Below, piece after piece: positions 30,497-40,813 of a DNA stretch of 64,000 nucleotides. The stretch's first letter is position 1; each line of letters begins with the position of its first letter. Both the position numbers and the translations under genes were made by a program. The stretch lies in contig OZ251518.1 of assembly GCA_965242965.1 (NCBI GenBank), positions 320,001-384,000 on the forward strand, read 5' to 3'. Source of the DNA: Candidatus Poribacteria bacterium. GTDB lineage: Bacteria > Poribacteria > WGA-4E > WGA-3G. The notes below the pieces were generated by a model. The model saw nothing but the letters and a program-made list of their open reading frames with translations, searched no databases and was not told where the DNA came from.

Positions 30497-30715
30497 CTAC
30501 GTTTTTGAGGCTAGTTCTTCTTCCAAAAACGCCAATGCTTTCGTGTAACTCCGGCGTTCAAGGTAGTGCTTGAGCATCGCCGGGGCAGTGGGGGCCATCT
30601 CCTGCGCCAGTTTATCAATGCGCAACACCTGGTCGGCGATGTCTTCCCCTGCCTCAATTCGCTCAAACATCGTGGATAACGTCTGTCTGAGGTCCAACGT
30701 CATGTCAGTTACCAT
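30497..30715 (-). CDS. Small hypothetical protein (72 aa)
   Basis: GGAG RBS, overlaps the PhyH stop; LKHYLERRSYTKAL. Confidence 0.6.
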   Translation of the reverse strand: MVTDMTLDLRQTLSTMFERIEAGEDIADQVLRIDKLAQEMAPTAPAMLKHYLERRSYTKALAFLEEELASKT

Positions 30716-31652
30716 TTTGATTCTCCATTTCCTGCACGGCTTTGCAGGTTCGCAGGTGGACATTTTTCGGCGGTGCATCGTAGCCTTTCCACGCGTAAGG
30801 ATCTACCCCGGAAACGGGGATGATGCATCGCCTGTCCGCGCTCGCCGGTCGCTCGCCTTCTCGGAGAGTCCACGGTAACAACGACCAGGCGTTACAGTAA
30901 TGGTTTACTAAAACGCGCCGGAACGTCTCGCCGCGGTTCTTACGAGAACGGTGCAACAGATACCCGTTAAAAAAGACGAGTGCGCCAGTATTGACTTCAA
31001 CGGGCACTTCATCCGATTCATCAAAGCCGAAGCTCTCCTCGGCGAAGTCGAATTCGTCGGGGTTCTCGTGCGGTTTCTGTGGGTAGAGATACCCGCGTTG
31101 ATGTGAACCGGGCAGAATCCAGAGGCATCCGTTTTCAACCGTTGCGTCGTCCATCGCAATCCACGCGCCTATCAACGACCGGTCGCGAGTCGGGATGTAG
31201 ATTTCGTCCTGATGCCACGCCTGTCCCTGAAAATTGGGCGGCTTGACAAAGAGCATTGATTGCATGCACTTCACACTGCCGTCCCAATGGGGAAGATGCG
31301 CGGCGGTTATCTGGCTGAGGATACCGCAGATTTTCGGGTGTTTGACGTATTTCTCCATCACCGGACTGACAAAGTGCGGCTGATGGATGCAGAGGATGCT
31401 GCTGATTGCGTCTTCATCGCTGACGGTATCGGGAAGCGGTTGGATGCTGTCGCACGGATACCCGCCTCGCGCGATGTTGGCAGCGTCTTGGCGCAACTCC
31501 GCGATTTCGTCAAGCGACAGCAGTTCCGGCACGACTAGGTAGCCGTTGTCCACAAAAAACTGCGTCTGTTCGTCTGATACGATTTTCGGTACCTCAATGG
31601 CATTGCCATCGGCGATTGCGCCTGCCTTGAGGGAGTTTTCTTGGAAATTCAA
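30705..31652 (-). CDS. Phytanoyl-CoA dioxygenase (PhyH) family protein
   Basis: FFVDNGYL, WHQD, WIAMDDATVENGCL, LLHRS..N...RR. Confidence 0.9.
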   Translation of the reverse strand: MNFQENSLKAGAIADGNAIEVPKIVSDEQTQFFVDNGYLVVPELLSLDEIAELRQDAANIARGGYPCDSIQPLPDTVSDEDAISSILCIHQPHFVSPVMEKYVKHPKICGILSQITAAHLPHWDGSVKCMQSMLFVKPPNFQGQAWHQDEIYIPTRDRSLIGAWIAMDDATVENGCLWILPGSHQRGYLYPQKPHENPDEFDFAEESFGFDESDEVPVEVNTGALVFFNGYLLHRSRKNRGETFRRVLVNHYCNAWSLLPWTLREGERPASADRRCIIPVSGVDPYAWKGYDAPPKNVHLRTCKAVQEMENQNGN

Positions 31653-31664
31653 GGTTTCATGCTC

Positions 31665-33746
31665 CTACAAACGATTGGCAAAAAACATCTCAATGATTGC
31701 GAGTGCGAAGACCGCGAATAAGAGATATGTCCACAGATTTTGATTTTTTTCAACGTCTTTGTGATACTGCGCGACCAGCTCTCCCGAAGCCGCGCCGTTT
31801 TCGCCATCGGCATCCGTTGGCGTTCCAATAAGCATGCTGGTGAGTTCTTCAACGTCACGAGATGCCAAGTTGGATTCAGTGGCATCAATGTTGACAACGA
31901 AATGCCGAGTTTCGGTTCCCGATGCATGCACCGAGTAGATGCCGGGGAGGTGCGTGGTTTTATAGATTACCGTATCTTCTTCAGCATGCACGCGCGTTTC
32001 CGCTTTGCCCGGGTCAAAAATTGCTACCTCCGCGCCGATTTGCTCCTCAAACCCGTGCAAGGTAATGCTATCGCCGACGCGGTGATCTGGCACATTTTCG
32101 GCTTGCGCTAGTGCGAGATACTTGATGCACTCGTGCAGGAACGGCAAATAGACAGCACGGATGGGCAAATCGTTCCATTCTCTGTCAATCGTTGATGTCC
32201 AGCAGAGGACGCGGCCCGTTCCGTGGGTTTTCTCAAGGAGCGCGGGGTTACCGTCGTCATACTCGGCGATGACGGTAGTGTCCCCTGTTACCACTGCCTG
32301 AAAATATCGGTAGATGCGTGCTTTGCCGAAATCGCCGTGGTTCGGTTCTTTGAACGGCGCGAAAATCGGGTGCTCGTAGTTAACGGTGGCGATGACTTGA
32401 AACTGCTCGCGAGCGATAGCATCCCCGACTGTCTGGACAAAGGTGCAAGGCATTAAGTCGGCAAGTGTCTGCTGATACACGGTGCTATCCACCCTGTCCC
32501 CCGCGGTAACAATCAGTCCCCCTCCCGCGCTGATGTAGTTTTCCAAACGTTGTGCCTCTGTTGAGGTAAGTCCCTGCACGTTGGCAAGGATGACGACATC
32601 GGCATTCGTCAGTCCCGCTGCATCCGGCAATTTCGTTGATACCGTCACATCTATCGGCACGGCGGTGTTGCCCACCTCAATTGCGCGTTTGAGAAAGAAG
32701 AGTTCATCGCCATTTTGCGCGTCAGGTTCGCCGTTGACACAATGCACCTTAATCGCCTTTAAACTTTGTAACATAAAATAGCGTTTGCTGTCAACCGCGA
32801 GTTCATCATCGGGGATTTCCACCCAGCCGGTATGCGTTGCCTCCGTTGGCAAAGGCGGCACTTTGAAGACTGCATCGGCGATGTCATCGGGTTCAATATC
32901 CACTTGGGTGGTGCTGACAGATTGTCCATCAATGACAAGGTTCACCGGCACGTTTTCTACCGGTTCGTCGCCGAAATTGTGGAGCCGCGCGATGAGTTGC
33001 GCCGCTTTCTGTTCGGTTAGGACGACAGGCGGAACGCTGAGGCCGGTAATCGCGACGTTGCGCGGGTTCTCGGCACGCACATCGACAAAGGCGATGGTAA
33101 CATCAGGACTCAGTTGATCGGTTTCAATGACGCTCTCCCACCCCTTTTTCTGCATGTCTGCCACCAGATAAATCTGCTTTTGTCCGATGAGGAGCGGTTG
33201 CAGTATTTCGTCGGCTGTCTGAAGGGCATCGAGATAGTCAGTCGCTTCGTTTGTGACTTTGGCACCGTTGATAGCGGTTCGGATATGCGAAAACTCGGAA
33301 CCGAGGGGTGCCACGACGCGCGCTGTATCCGCCGAGAGGATAAGGCACGCGGCATCGGCGGTATCTAAACTGCCTAGGATGTTCAACGCCTCTTTCTTGG
33401 CCGTGGCGAACGTGTCGGCATACTGCATGCTGTAAGAGGTGTCGAGGATGATGACGACGTTCCGCTTACCGCCTGTCTGTTGCGGGTTTACCCCCGGGTC
33501 TGCGGCGAAGTAGGGACGCGCAAAGGCGAACCCTAGCAGTAGGACGATGAGGATGCGCATTAGCAGAAGCAGCATCTGTTTCAGTTTGTGCCGTTGCACG
33601 TTTGTCTGATGCGACATCTGGATGAAGCGTAGCGTGCTGAAAACTAGTCGTCGTGCGCGTTCCCGATTTAATAGATGTATGATGAGCGGCAGGGCGGCAC
33701 CTATTGCGCCTGCCGCTAAAAATAAAGGTGTCAAAAATCCTGGCAT
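31665..33746 (-). CDS. BatA-like N-terminal + VWA domain membrane protein
   Basis: Start MPGFLTPLFL at 33746; PLIIHLLNR, LLLLMR...AFARP, DTSYSM MIDAS motif, C-terminal TM helix. Confidence 0.85.
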   Translation of the reverse strand: MPGFLTPLFLAAGAIGAALPLIIHLLNRERARRLVFSTLRFIQMSHQTNVQRHKLKQMLLLLMRILIVLLLGFAFARPYFAADPGVNPQQTGGKRNVVIILDTSYSMQYADTFATAKKEALNILGSLDTADAACLILSADTARVVAPLGSEFSHIRTAINGAKVTNEATDYLDALQTADEILQPLLIGQKQIYLVADMQKKGWESVIETDQLSPDVTIAFVDVRAENPRNVAITGLSVPPVVLTEQKAAQLIARLHNFGDEPVENVPVNLVIDGQSVSTTQVDIEPDDIADAVFKVPPLPTEATHTGWVEIPDDELAVDSKRYFMLQSLKAIKVHCVNGEPDAQNGDELFFLKRAIEVGNTAVPIDVTVSTKLPDAAGLTNADVVILANVQGLTSTEAQRLENYISAGGGLIVTAGDRVDSTVYQQTLADLMPCTFVQTVGDAIAREQFQVIATVNYEHPIFAPFKEPNHGDFGKARIYRYFQAVVTGDTTVIAEYDDGNPALLEKTHGTGRVLCWTSTIDREWNDLPIRAVYLPFLHECIKYLALAQAENVPDHRVGDSITLHGFEEQIGAEVAIFDPGKAETRVHAEEDTVIYKTTHLPGIYSVHASGTETRHFVVNIDATESNLASRDVEELTSMLIGTPTDADGENGAASGELVAQYHKDVEKNQNLWTYLLFAVFALAIIEMFFANRL

Positions 33747-34040
33747 TTTTTTTGTTGTTCGCGAGGCGTTCGATAACGCCGTTGGTGCGTGAACATTTCT
33801 CGCCGTATATCCGTCATTGACGTTGTCAATGACTACATTTTTGTTTTTTGTTGTTCGCGTGGCGTTTGATAACGTCGTTGGTGTGTGAACATTTCTCGCC
33901 GTATATCCATCATCGACGTTGTCAATTTTTTGTTGTTCGCGAGGCGTTTGATAACGCCGTTGGTGCGTGAACATCTCTTCCCGTATATCTGTCATTGACG
34001 TTGTCAATGACTACATTTTCGTTTTTTCGTTTTCCGCGTG
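33747..34040. repeat. Three tandem copies of an approximately 90 bp structured motif
   Basis: TTGTTGTTCGCG.GGCGTT.GATAACG.CGTTGGTG.GTGAACAT... repeated three times; related single copies upstream of accC and efp. Confidence 0.8.
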
Positions 34041-34049
34041 GCGACTGCA

Positions 34050-34290
34050 AGGCATTGTGCCCACCTCTGTAGTTCGGGAGCGCCCGCTCCCGAACGGGTC
34101 AGGAGCAGGTGCTCCTGAACTACAGGGGTGAGGAGATCTGCCAGCCAAACGCGTGGCGAGGGGAACCCGCTCGGATGCGCGTGGGGCATGGCGAGGGACA
34201 GGCCCTCGCCCTACGGGCCGCGGCGGCGTTTTTTATAGCAGCGCGGGGTCTGTCCCCGCGACGTTAAGCGATTTATGAAACACTCTCAAA
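34050..34290. repeat. REP-like cluster
   Basis: GTAG hairpins and reverse-oriented end motif ATTTATGAAACACTCTCA. Confidence 0.75.
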
Positions 34291-34304
34291 AAACTTGTCT
34301 CCCT

Positions 34305-35237
34305 TTAGGAGAGTCCGTGGCGTTTTGCCAAATAGGAGGTGAGCGCGAAATCGACAGGGGTTGACGTGCTGAGCAGGTTGTAATCGATATCCGCCTGCCG
34401 TAACGCCAAACTGTAGTCGTCAATAAACTGATTGAAATGGCTCAGATAACTCTCCTGAATCGCCTCTGGGGTTGTTAGCATCTCCGCCCCAGTTTCGGCA
34501 TCGACGAACCGAATGGGACGTTCATACGGAAAGGCGAGTTCCTGCTGCGCGAGGACGTGAAAGACGATAACCTCGTGTCCTTCGTGGCGCAGATGTTCTA
34601 ACCCTTTGATAACCTCTGCCTGGTTTTCGTCGTAGAGATCGGAGATGAGAATGACGAGCCCCCGCTTCGTCAGGCGTTCGGCGATTTGATGCAACGGCAC
34701 GCCGAGTTGTGTGCCTTTCGCGGTCTGGAGCGTCTCCAAAGTCAACAAAATTGCATGCAGATGCGAGGCACTGCTGCGCGCCGGAAAATACTCGTGAAGC
34801 GTCTCATCAAAATAGGCGAACCCGATGGCATCGCGCTGGCGCGCCATGAAATAGGCGAGGGAGGCGATGAGGAAGCTGCTATACTGCAACTTCGTTAGCG
34901 GTGTGCGCTGCGCCGAGTCCGTTGTTTCACGTTCATCAGCCACCGGATACATCATCGATTCGCTGGTATCCAGCAGCAGGTAGCAGTTGAGGTTCGTCTC
35001 TTCTTCAAACTGCTTGATGTAATACCGGTCGGTGCGCGCGTAAGCCTTCCAGTCAATATGCTTGGTATCGTCCCCCGGCATATACTGGCGGTATTGCGAG
35101 AACTCCACGCTGAATCCGTGATAGGGGCTCTTGTGAAGTCCGGAGATAAACCCTTCGACGACAAATTTGGCAATCAATTCCAGATTACCGATTCGTGCAA
35201 GAATCTCGGGGTCCAAGTATCTGCGGCCGTCCCTCAT
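34305..35237 (-). CDS. DUF58 domain protein
   Basis: GLHKSPYHGFSVEFSQYRQYMPGDD..HIDWK, KQFEEETN, LDTSESM. Confidence 0.9.
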   Translation of the reverse strand: MRDGRRYLDPEILARIGNLELIAKFVVEGFISGLHKSPYHGFSVEFSQYRQYMPGDDTKHIDWKAYARTDRYYIKQFEEETNLNCYLLLDTSESMMYPVADERETTDSAQRTPLTKLQYSSFLIASLAYFMARQRDAIGFAYFDETLHEYFPARSSASHLHAILLTLETLQTAKGTQLGVPLHQIAERLTKRGLVILISDLYDENQAEVIKGLEHLRHEGHEVIVFHVLAQQELAFPYERPIRFVDAETGAEMLTTPEAIQESYLSHFNQFIDDYSLALRQADIDYNLLSTSTPVDFALTSYLAKRHGLS

Positions 35238-35295
35238 AGTCGATGTTTCTCCGAATTGCGTTATTGCGTCATTACATTATTACGTTGTCGCGTTC

Positions 35296-37176
35296 CTACT
35301 TTTTCTTGAGGACGAGGAGCGTCAGATCATCGAACTGGTCTGCTTCGCCTTGGAACGCTATTACCGCGTCGTGGATGTGCTTAATGATGTTCTCGGCGTT
35401 CGGTTCTGGTAGTTTGCTTGCTTCCAAGGCATCCGGTTCAAGCAGTGTTTCATAATCCTCATCCGCAACGTTGATAGTTTCGGTGACACCGTCAGTGTAG
35501 TAGATGACGATATCGCCGCTTTTGAGTTGCACCTGCTCTGCGGCATATTCAGCGATGAGCGGCACCATGTCATTCGGGAACATGCCGAGCGGCAGCCCGC
35601 CGATATCTTCGCCTATCCACTGCGTTGTTCCATCTTGCCGCACAATCAAGGGTGGGTTATGTCCTGCGTTGAGCGTCGTGAGCGTATCGGTATCAACATC
35701 TAGATAGGTGTAGAAGAACGTCGCGAATTTTTCCTCTGTTCCACTTGCATAAAGCAGTGAATTGAGGGTGAGTGCCATTTCAGTGAGTTGTTTGGCTGTT
35801 TCCTCGTCAGGACTCGCGCCTTCCGCAGTTTTTGCGACTTCGGAGAGGAGCCCCGCGCGGAGTGTCGCCATGAGTAGTGCGGCTTGCATCCCTTTCCCGG
35901 AGACATCGGCGATGGCGAGTCCCCAACCGTTGGTATCAAGTTCGAGGCAGTCGTAATAGTCGCCGCCGACGGCACCGCGTGGTTCGTAAAGTCCGGCAAC
36001 TTCATAGCCGGGGATATCGGGTAGCGTTTCAGGGATGAGGTTCTCCTGAATTTTTCGCGCTTCCTCCATTTCAGCCTGTAATTGACGTGCTTCCAGAGCT
36101 TCTTGGTGCAGTTGCGCGTTCTCAATGGCGACACCTGCCTGCTTGGCAAAGGAGTCAAGCAGAATAGCGTCTTCATCGGTGAACGCCGTGATTCTCCCGC
36201 CGCGTTCTTCCTTATCGCCGACGACGAGGACACCTAGCACGTCGCCATCGCGTCCGAGAATTGGCACCGCCATGATGTTATCTGCGCCGAGGCGCACTTC
36301 GTCGCTAGTGTCAGTCTGCGCCGTTCTCCCCTCTTTAGCGACATCTGCCAACGTCTTTTCAGTATCGCACATCTTGTCGGTATCGCCGCCATTATCCAGC
36401 GAGATTATCAGTGGAAACTCAGCGGCCAAGGTTTCTGGAAAGGTATATTTCCATTCGATTTCAGCGTGCTGTGCGTGGCGAAGGAGCAGTCCGCCGGCGT
36501 TTGCATCTAATAGCGATACGGCTTGGTGGACTACTTGCTGTGCTGCGTCATCGGGTTGCAGCAGTTGGCAGATAAGCGGCGCGCTTTCAGCGAGCATAAA
36601 GAGTCGGAATTTTTCGCCTTGAATGCCCTCCATCATCTGCGAGTAGGCGATAGCAATTGAAATCTGGTGTGCGAGGATTGTGAGCAGTTCGTTCTCCCAT
36701 TCCTCCAGTTCGGTTCTGCCTAAAAACCTGCCGAGGCTCAGGACACCGAGCAGTTCGTCGTGGATTTTCAGTGGCACCCAGAGACGTGCATCTATGGCGG
36801 TGCAGACTGCCGCATGCCGAGTGAAAAACCCTTCGAGCCCAGTGGGTGGTGAACCTACCTGAATGAACGGATGTTGCAGTAACTCCATCATATCTTCCGG
36901 TTCCACGGGGATGAGAGGTAGTGTGCTGCCATCGCGCCGTTCGGGTGCAGATGCGGCGACACTGAGGTGGTTGTCCACCGGATGGTATCGCAAAATAGCC
37001 CCGCGCGTGCTCTGCAGCGTGCCGAGTGCAATCCGCAGATAGGTTTTGCTGGACACATTAAAGTTGCTATGTCCGGATATGAGCGTCTGTCCGAGTTGTT
37101 CTAATTCAGACAGACTGAAGATGAGCCGTTGTATTGTTTCTTCGGCTGTGCTGAGCTGCATGTTTCTTGTCCTCAC
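35296..37176 (-). CDS. GAF domains + SpoIIE/PP2C phosphatase (RsbU-like)
   Basis: VGGDYYD, IADVSGKG, NAGHNPP, YTDGVTE, DDLTL; two GAF-like regions. Confidence 0.9.
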   Translation of the reverse strand: MRTRNMQLSTAEETIQRLIFSLSELEQLGQTLISGHSNFNVSSKTYLRIALGTLQSTRGAILRYHPVDNHLSVAASAPERRDGSTLPLIPVEPEDMMELLQHPFIQVGSPPTGLEGFFTRHAAVCTAIDARLWVPLKIHDELLGVLSLGRFLGRTELEEWENELLTILAHQISIAIAYSQMMEGIQGEKFRLFMLAESAPLICQLLQPDDAAQQVVHQAVSLLDANAGGLLLRHAQHAEIEWKYTFPETLAAEFPLIISLDNGGDTDKMCDTEKTLADVAKEGRTAQTDTSDEVRLGADNIMAVPILGRDGDVLGVLVVGDKEERGGRITAFTDEDAILLDSFAKQAGVAIENAQLHQEALEARQLQAEMEEARKIQENLIPETLPDIPGYEVAGLYEPRGAVGGDYYDCLELDTNGWGLAIADVSGKGMQAALLMATLRAGLLSEVAKTAEGASPDEETAKQLTEMALTLNSLLYASGTEEKFATFFYTYLDVDTDTLTTLNAGHNPPLIVRQDGTTQWIGEDIGGLPLGMFPNDMVPLIAEYAAEQVQLKSGDIVIYYTDGVTETINVADEDYETLLEPDALEASKLPEPNAENIIKHIHDAVIAFQGEADQFDDLTLLVLKKK

Positions 37177-37356
37177 TCATTTCCTATTATACCGCATTAG
37201 GCGTTGCTTTAGGGCGAGCGTGCTCGGGCGCGCCGTGCTTCTTTCAGTCGCGCCCGAGCCCAAACCGCCCGTGGACGCCCGCGAGTTTTCGTAGCGGGAA
37301 ATGGCAGGTATGGGATGGGGAGCCCCGCGAGTGGGGTTCCCCAGTGCGCGAACGCC

Positions 37357-37701
37357 CTATAGATTGTCAATGGCAGATTGTTCGTCGGGGAAGATGCCCG
37401 CATATTTCGCAATCGCCATCATGCGAAATGTGCGCTCCTGTGTTGCCGAGAGCCCACAGAAGTTCAGCGTCCCGTTGCGTTCGTCAAGCGTCTCAATGAT
37501 TTCAATGAGAATTGAGATGCCGATGCTGTTAATCAGCGCGGTTTTCTCAAGATTGATGACGAGTTTGGTTTGGCCATCTTGGATGAGGGTGTGCGCCTTG
37601 GCGGAGAGTGCCTCCCCGAGTGCATCGTTCAGGTACCCCTCTGTCTCAATCACGGCGTAACCCTGTTCATCGCGAATTTGGATATCAAATTTGTTCAACA
37701 A
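37357..37701 (-). CDS. STAS anti-sigma-factor antagonist (RsbV/SpoIIAA-like)
   Basis: LVINLEKTALINSIGISIL; GGAGAAGGAGG RBS. Confidence 0.85.
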   Translation of the reverse strand: MLNKFDIQIRDEQGYAVIETEGYLNDALGEALSAKAHTLIQDGQTKLVINLEKTALINSIGISILIEIIETLDERNGTLNFCGLSATQERTFRMMAIAKYAGIFPDEQSAIDNL

Positions 37702-37848
37702 AACAGAAGCCTCCTTCTCCTCTGTAGCGTAGGTGAGGCAGTAGGCATCGCTCTGCGGAGTCGTTGATACCTATGCAACATAGGCATCGCGCGCGGGCGA
37801 TTGTTCCTACCGGAAAAGACATCAGCACTGCGTAACGTGCGCGATGCC

Positions 37849-38301
37849 TTAAGTCGTTTTCTTCTTGATGACACTGACAGTCGTCCCGTTCGTCCCACTC
37901 TCAATGTCAACTTCGTCCATGAGGGTTCTGACAATTTCTAGTCCCCACCCGCGCTTGTGCATGTCCTCATAGAGCCCCGGCCGCTTCGATGTGCTGGCAC
38001 CGGGCTCATCGTCAAACCCAATACCCTGGTCGGTGACTTTCAACTCCAGTTCGTCATCCTTCATGATGAACTCAATGAACACCCGCTGGTCATTGCTCCG
38101 GCTATGCTCGAAAGCGTTGATGCAGGTCTCGATGAGCGCGAGCTGTATCTCTTCAATCTGCCCCTCGTCAAAGTCCATCAATTCGGCGAGGACGGAGGCA
38201 ATCTTGGCGGCGGCAAGCTCCATATCCGGGTACATCGGGATAGTTAGGAGCACTTCGTGTTTAGCTTCAAGTGACACGCTGCGTTGCCCTCCTTTTTCCA
38301 A
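37849..38301 (-). CDS. Anti-sigma-factor Ser/Thr kinase (RsbW-like)
   Basis: LALIETCINAFEHS, VTDQGIGF, RGWGL, LMDEV, GTTV. Confidence 0.88.
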   Translation of the reverse strand: MEKGGQRSVSLEAKHEVLLTIPMYPDMELAAAKIASVLAELMDFDEGQIEEIQLALIETCINAFEHSRSNDQRVFIEFIMKDDELELKVTDQGIGFDDEPGASTSKRPGLYEDMHKRGWGLEIVRTLMDEVDIESGTNGTTVSVIKKKTT

Positions 38302-38388
38302 AATTTGTATGGAAGATGGTTCCGGTTATTAACGAAAATTCTGGCGAGAAATGACCGGATAAGGTGCATTCCTCACATTAACGTAACA

Positions 38389-38417
38389 ATTATACCATTT
38401 TTTCAAAAATATGTCAA
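38389..38417 (-). promoter_or_regulatory. Consensus sigma70 promoter
   Basis: TTGACA-17 nt-TATAAT with TG extension. Confidence 0.75.
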
Positions 38418-38501
38418 AGTTAAATTTTTTCTCAAATTACCCGCGCGTGGCCCATAGCGCGAGAGTGGTTCGGATGAGTGCCTGCCGAGGAACAGCCGAT
38501 G

Positions 38502-39515
38502 CTATTCCTGATGCAACGTCACCGAACGGCGCGGCGGACTAAATTCCTGCGGCGTTAACGGGACAGCCTGCTTCTGATAAACCTGCACCCGATACGAACC
38601 GTTGTCCGGCACGAACATCAAACCGTCTTTACTAACGGCGACAGACTTCGGTTTCCGCAGGTATTTTTGCGGTTCCAAATCCGCCATATCGCGCATCCGG
38701 TTGGGGCTCGCGTTCGTCATCATATAGTCAAGCGCGACTTTCGATAACGTCGCATCGCCAAGGAACTTTTGCACATAACGGCCCTCGGCATTGAAGAGTT
38801 GTATCCGGTCATTGCCGGTGTCGGCGACGTAAACATCGCCGTGCGCGTCTACGTCAATGCCCGCCGGACGGTTGAATTCGCCGATGCCGATGCCGGGTTT
38901 GCCGAATGCGAAAAGGAATTCGCCTTCGCCGGTGAACTTCTGCACCCGGTCATTCCGCCAATCGACGACGTAGACATCGCCGAGTTCGTCAACGGCAATG
39001 CCCCACGGCATGTTAAACTCGCCTTCGCCGGTGCCATAGCTGCCCCACTGCAAGAGGAATTTGCCATCTTTGGTAAATTTTTGCACCCTGTGACTCAGGC
39101 TATCCACGACGTAGAGATTTTCATCGGTATCGAAGGCGATGCCCGCCGGTCCGCTGAGTTGCCCCGCGTCGGTGCCGTGCTCACCCCAGGTACCGATGTG
39201 TTCGCCTTCCCTGTTAAATGCCACGATGCGATGCAGAAATTCATCGGAGACGTAGAGGTTTTCCTCGCTATCGGCGATGATAGTGACGGGCCACGTGAAT
39301 TGTCCATCACCTTTGCCGTAGCCGCCCATCGTCCCGCGGTCTTCGTCATCGACGGTATATTTCCGGATCATCGCGGTGCCATCGCTGCGGCACATGATAT
39401 ATAAACGTCCCTCTTCACCAATGGCGATGTCAATCGGAAAGTTCGTCGTTCGTCGCATGCTGAGACACTTGAGGTAAGGAAAGCCTGCACGTAAGATTCC
39501 GTAAGGTCTTGCCAT
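38502..39515 (-). CDS. NHL-repeat beta-propeller protein
   Basis: Repeated G.G.GEFN.P.GIAVD..G.VYV.D..N.RVQ.F. Confidence 0.88.
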   Translation of the reverse strand: MARPYGILRAGFPYLKCLSMRRTTNFPIDIAIGEEGRLYIMCRSDGTAMIRKYTVDDEDRGTMGGYGKGDGQFTWPVTIIADSEENLYVSDEFLHRIVAFNREGEHIGTWGEHGTDAGQLSGPAGIAFDTDENLYVVDSLSHRVQKFTKDGKFLLQWGSYGTGEGEFNMPWGIAVDELGDVYVVDWRNDRVQKFTGEGEFLFAFGKPGIGIGEFNRPAGIDVDAHGDVYVADTGNDRIQLFNAEGRYVQKFLGDATLSKVALDYMMTNASPNRMRDMADLEPQKYLRKPKSVAVSKDGLMFVPDNGSYRVQVYQKQAVPLTPQEFSPPRRSVTLHQE

Positions 39516-39646
39516 AATTCACCTCCCGATAAGATGAGGATGTTTCGTAACTCCGTTTCGGTATTTATCCCCCTTGGGGGCAGGCGAATACCGGAAGGCA
39601 TTGTGCCCACGATGCGCCGCGGTTTGCAACCGCGCCTATCTGAAAC

Positions 39647-40783
39647 CTACGCGGAAAACGGATAAATTTGCTCAAAATTCCCGTTGACTATCGGCGTTGC
39701 ATCAATGCCCATCCACTGCTCTATCAGCGTTCCATAAATACCGCGGAAATCAATGGTATGCTCCATGTCTTCGCCGTGCACCCATCTTGAAAGTTCTAGC
39801 GAGGGGTATTCGGCATAGAGGCCGCCCTTCACCTTATCACCGATGATGAACGCGCCGCCGCCGGTCCCGTGGTCTGTCCCGCTAGCGTTGTCTCGGATGC
39901 GCCTGCCGAATTCGGTGAAGACGAGCATTACGACTTCTTCGGAGGCGTTATGTGCGCGCAGATCGGTGAAGAACGCCTGAATCGCCTCGCCGAGGTCCTT
40001 CAACAAACGCGGGTGCGCCGGGACTTCGTTGGCATGGTTATCGTAACCGCCGTGTTGCGCGTAAAAGAGACGCGTCCCGAGGTCTGCGAGATGCACCCGC
40101 GCCACGTCTCGGAGACTTTTCGCGATGCTGCTTTTCGGATACGCCACATCGGAGGTATACGTCGCCGGTGCCTTCTTGAGCTCGTCCGCGCCGTTGAGGA
40201 CATCCATTCCCGTTTGGCTGAGATAATCCATGACGATGCTGTTGCCGATGTTGCGGCTATACATCTGCTTGAACGTCTCCAGAGCCTGTTCGCGTTGCGA
40301 TTTATCGCCGATGCTGGTGAGCAAGCCGTAGTTATCCAAATCGCCGACGGAGGTGACAGGCGTACCGGCGAGGGCACACGCGCGCGGGAGTCCCTGTCCG
40401 AAACTCACACAGGTTAAGACGTTGTGTCCTCCCGGGTCTAATTCTCGCACGACTCTGCCCACCCAGCCTTCGTCGCCGATTTTTTCAGGTTCGCAGGTGT
40501 GCCAAATGTCCATCGCCCGGAAATGCGAACGGTTTGAATCAGGGTAGCCGATGCCTTGGACGACAGCGACATCGCCTGCGTCAAACATCTCCTTCAGCGG
40601 TGCGGCGTGCGGATTCCATCCAAGTGTGTCGTTCGTCGGTAAGACATCTTCCTCTTTAATCCCTACTACCGGCCGGGAATCGTGGTAAATCCCGTTCGTG
40701 TAAGGGATGAGCGTGTTCATGAAGTCGTTGCCGCCTGTGAGTTGCACGACGACGAGGACTGGTGCTTTGGAAGTTGCAGTCAT
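39647..40783 (-). CDS. DUF1501 domain protein
   Basis: LVVVQLTGGND.MN, NRSHF, GGYD.H, TEFGRR, GTDHG, DFR. Confidence 0.88.
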   Translation of the reverse strand: MTATSKAPVLVVVQLTGGNDFMNTLIPYTNGIYHDSRPVVGIKEEDVLPTNDTLGWNPHAAPLKEMFDAGDVAVVQGIGYPDSNRSHFRAMDIWHTCEPEKIGDEGWVGRVVRELDPGGHNVLTCVSFGQGLPRACALAGTPVTSVGDLDNYGLLTSIGDKSQREQALETFKQMYSRNIGNSIVMDYLSQTGMDVLNGADELKKAPATYTSDVAYPKSSIAKSLRDVARVHLADLGTRLFYAQHGGYDNHANEVPAHPRLLKDLGEAIQAFFTDLRAHNASEEVVMLVFTEFGRRIRDNASGTDHGTGGGAFIIGDKVKGGLYAEYPSLELSRWVHGEDMEHTIDFRGIYGTLIEQWMGIDATPIVNGNFEQIYPFSA

Positions 40784-40813
40784 TTCAGTCGCCTCCTCCT
40801 GGCTCGGTATGCG

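Noticed and set aside
33747-34040. N-terminal extension of the BatA/VWA protein (ORF from 34007) or a CRISPR array
   Set aside because: The extension is just the tandem repeat read in frame; the BatA motif begins at 33746 and there are no unique spacers.
37186-37345. Possible MITE between the RsbV-like and RsbU-like genes
   Set aside because: It shares ATTATACCGCATTA with about 5123 and has hairpins, but terminal inverted repeats are too weak to call.
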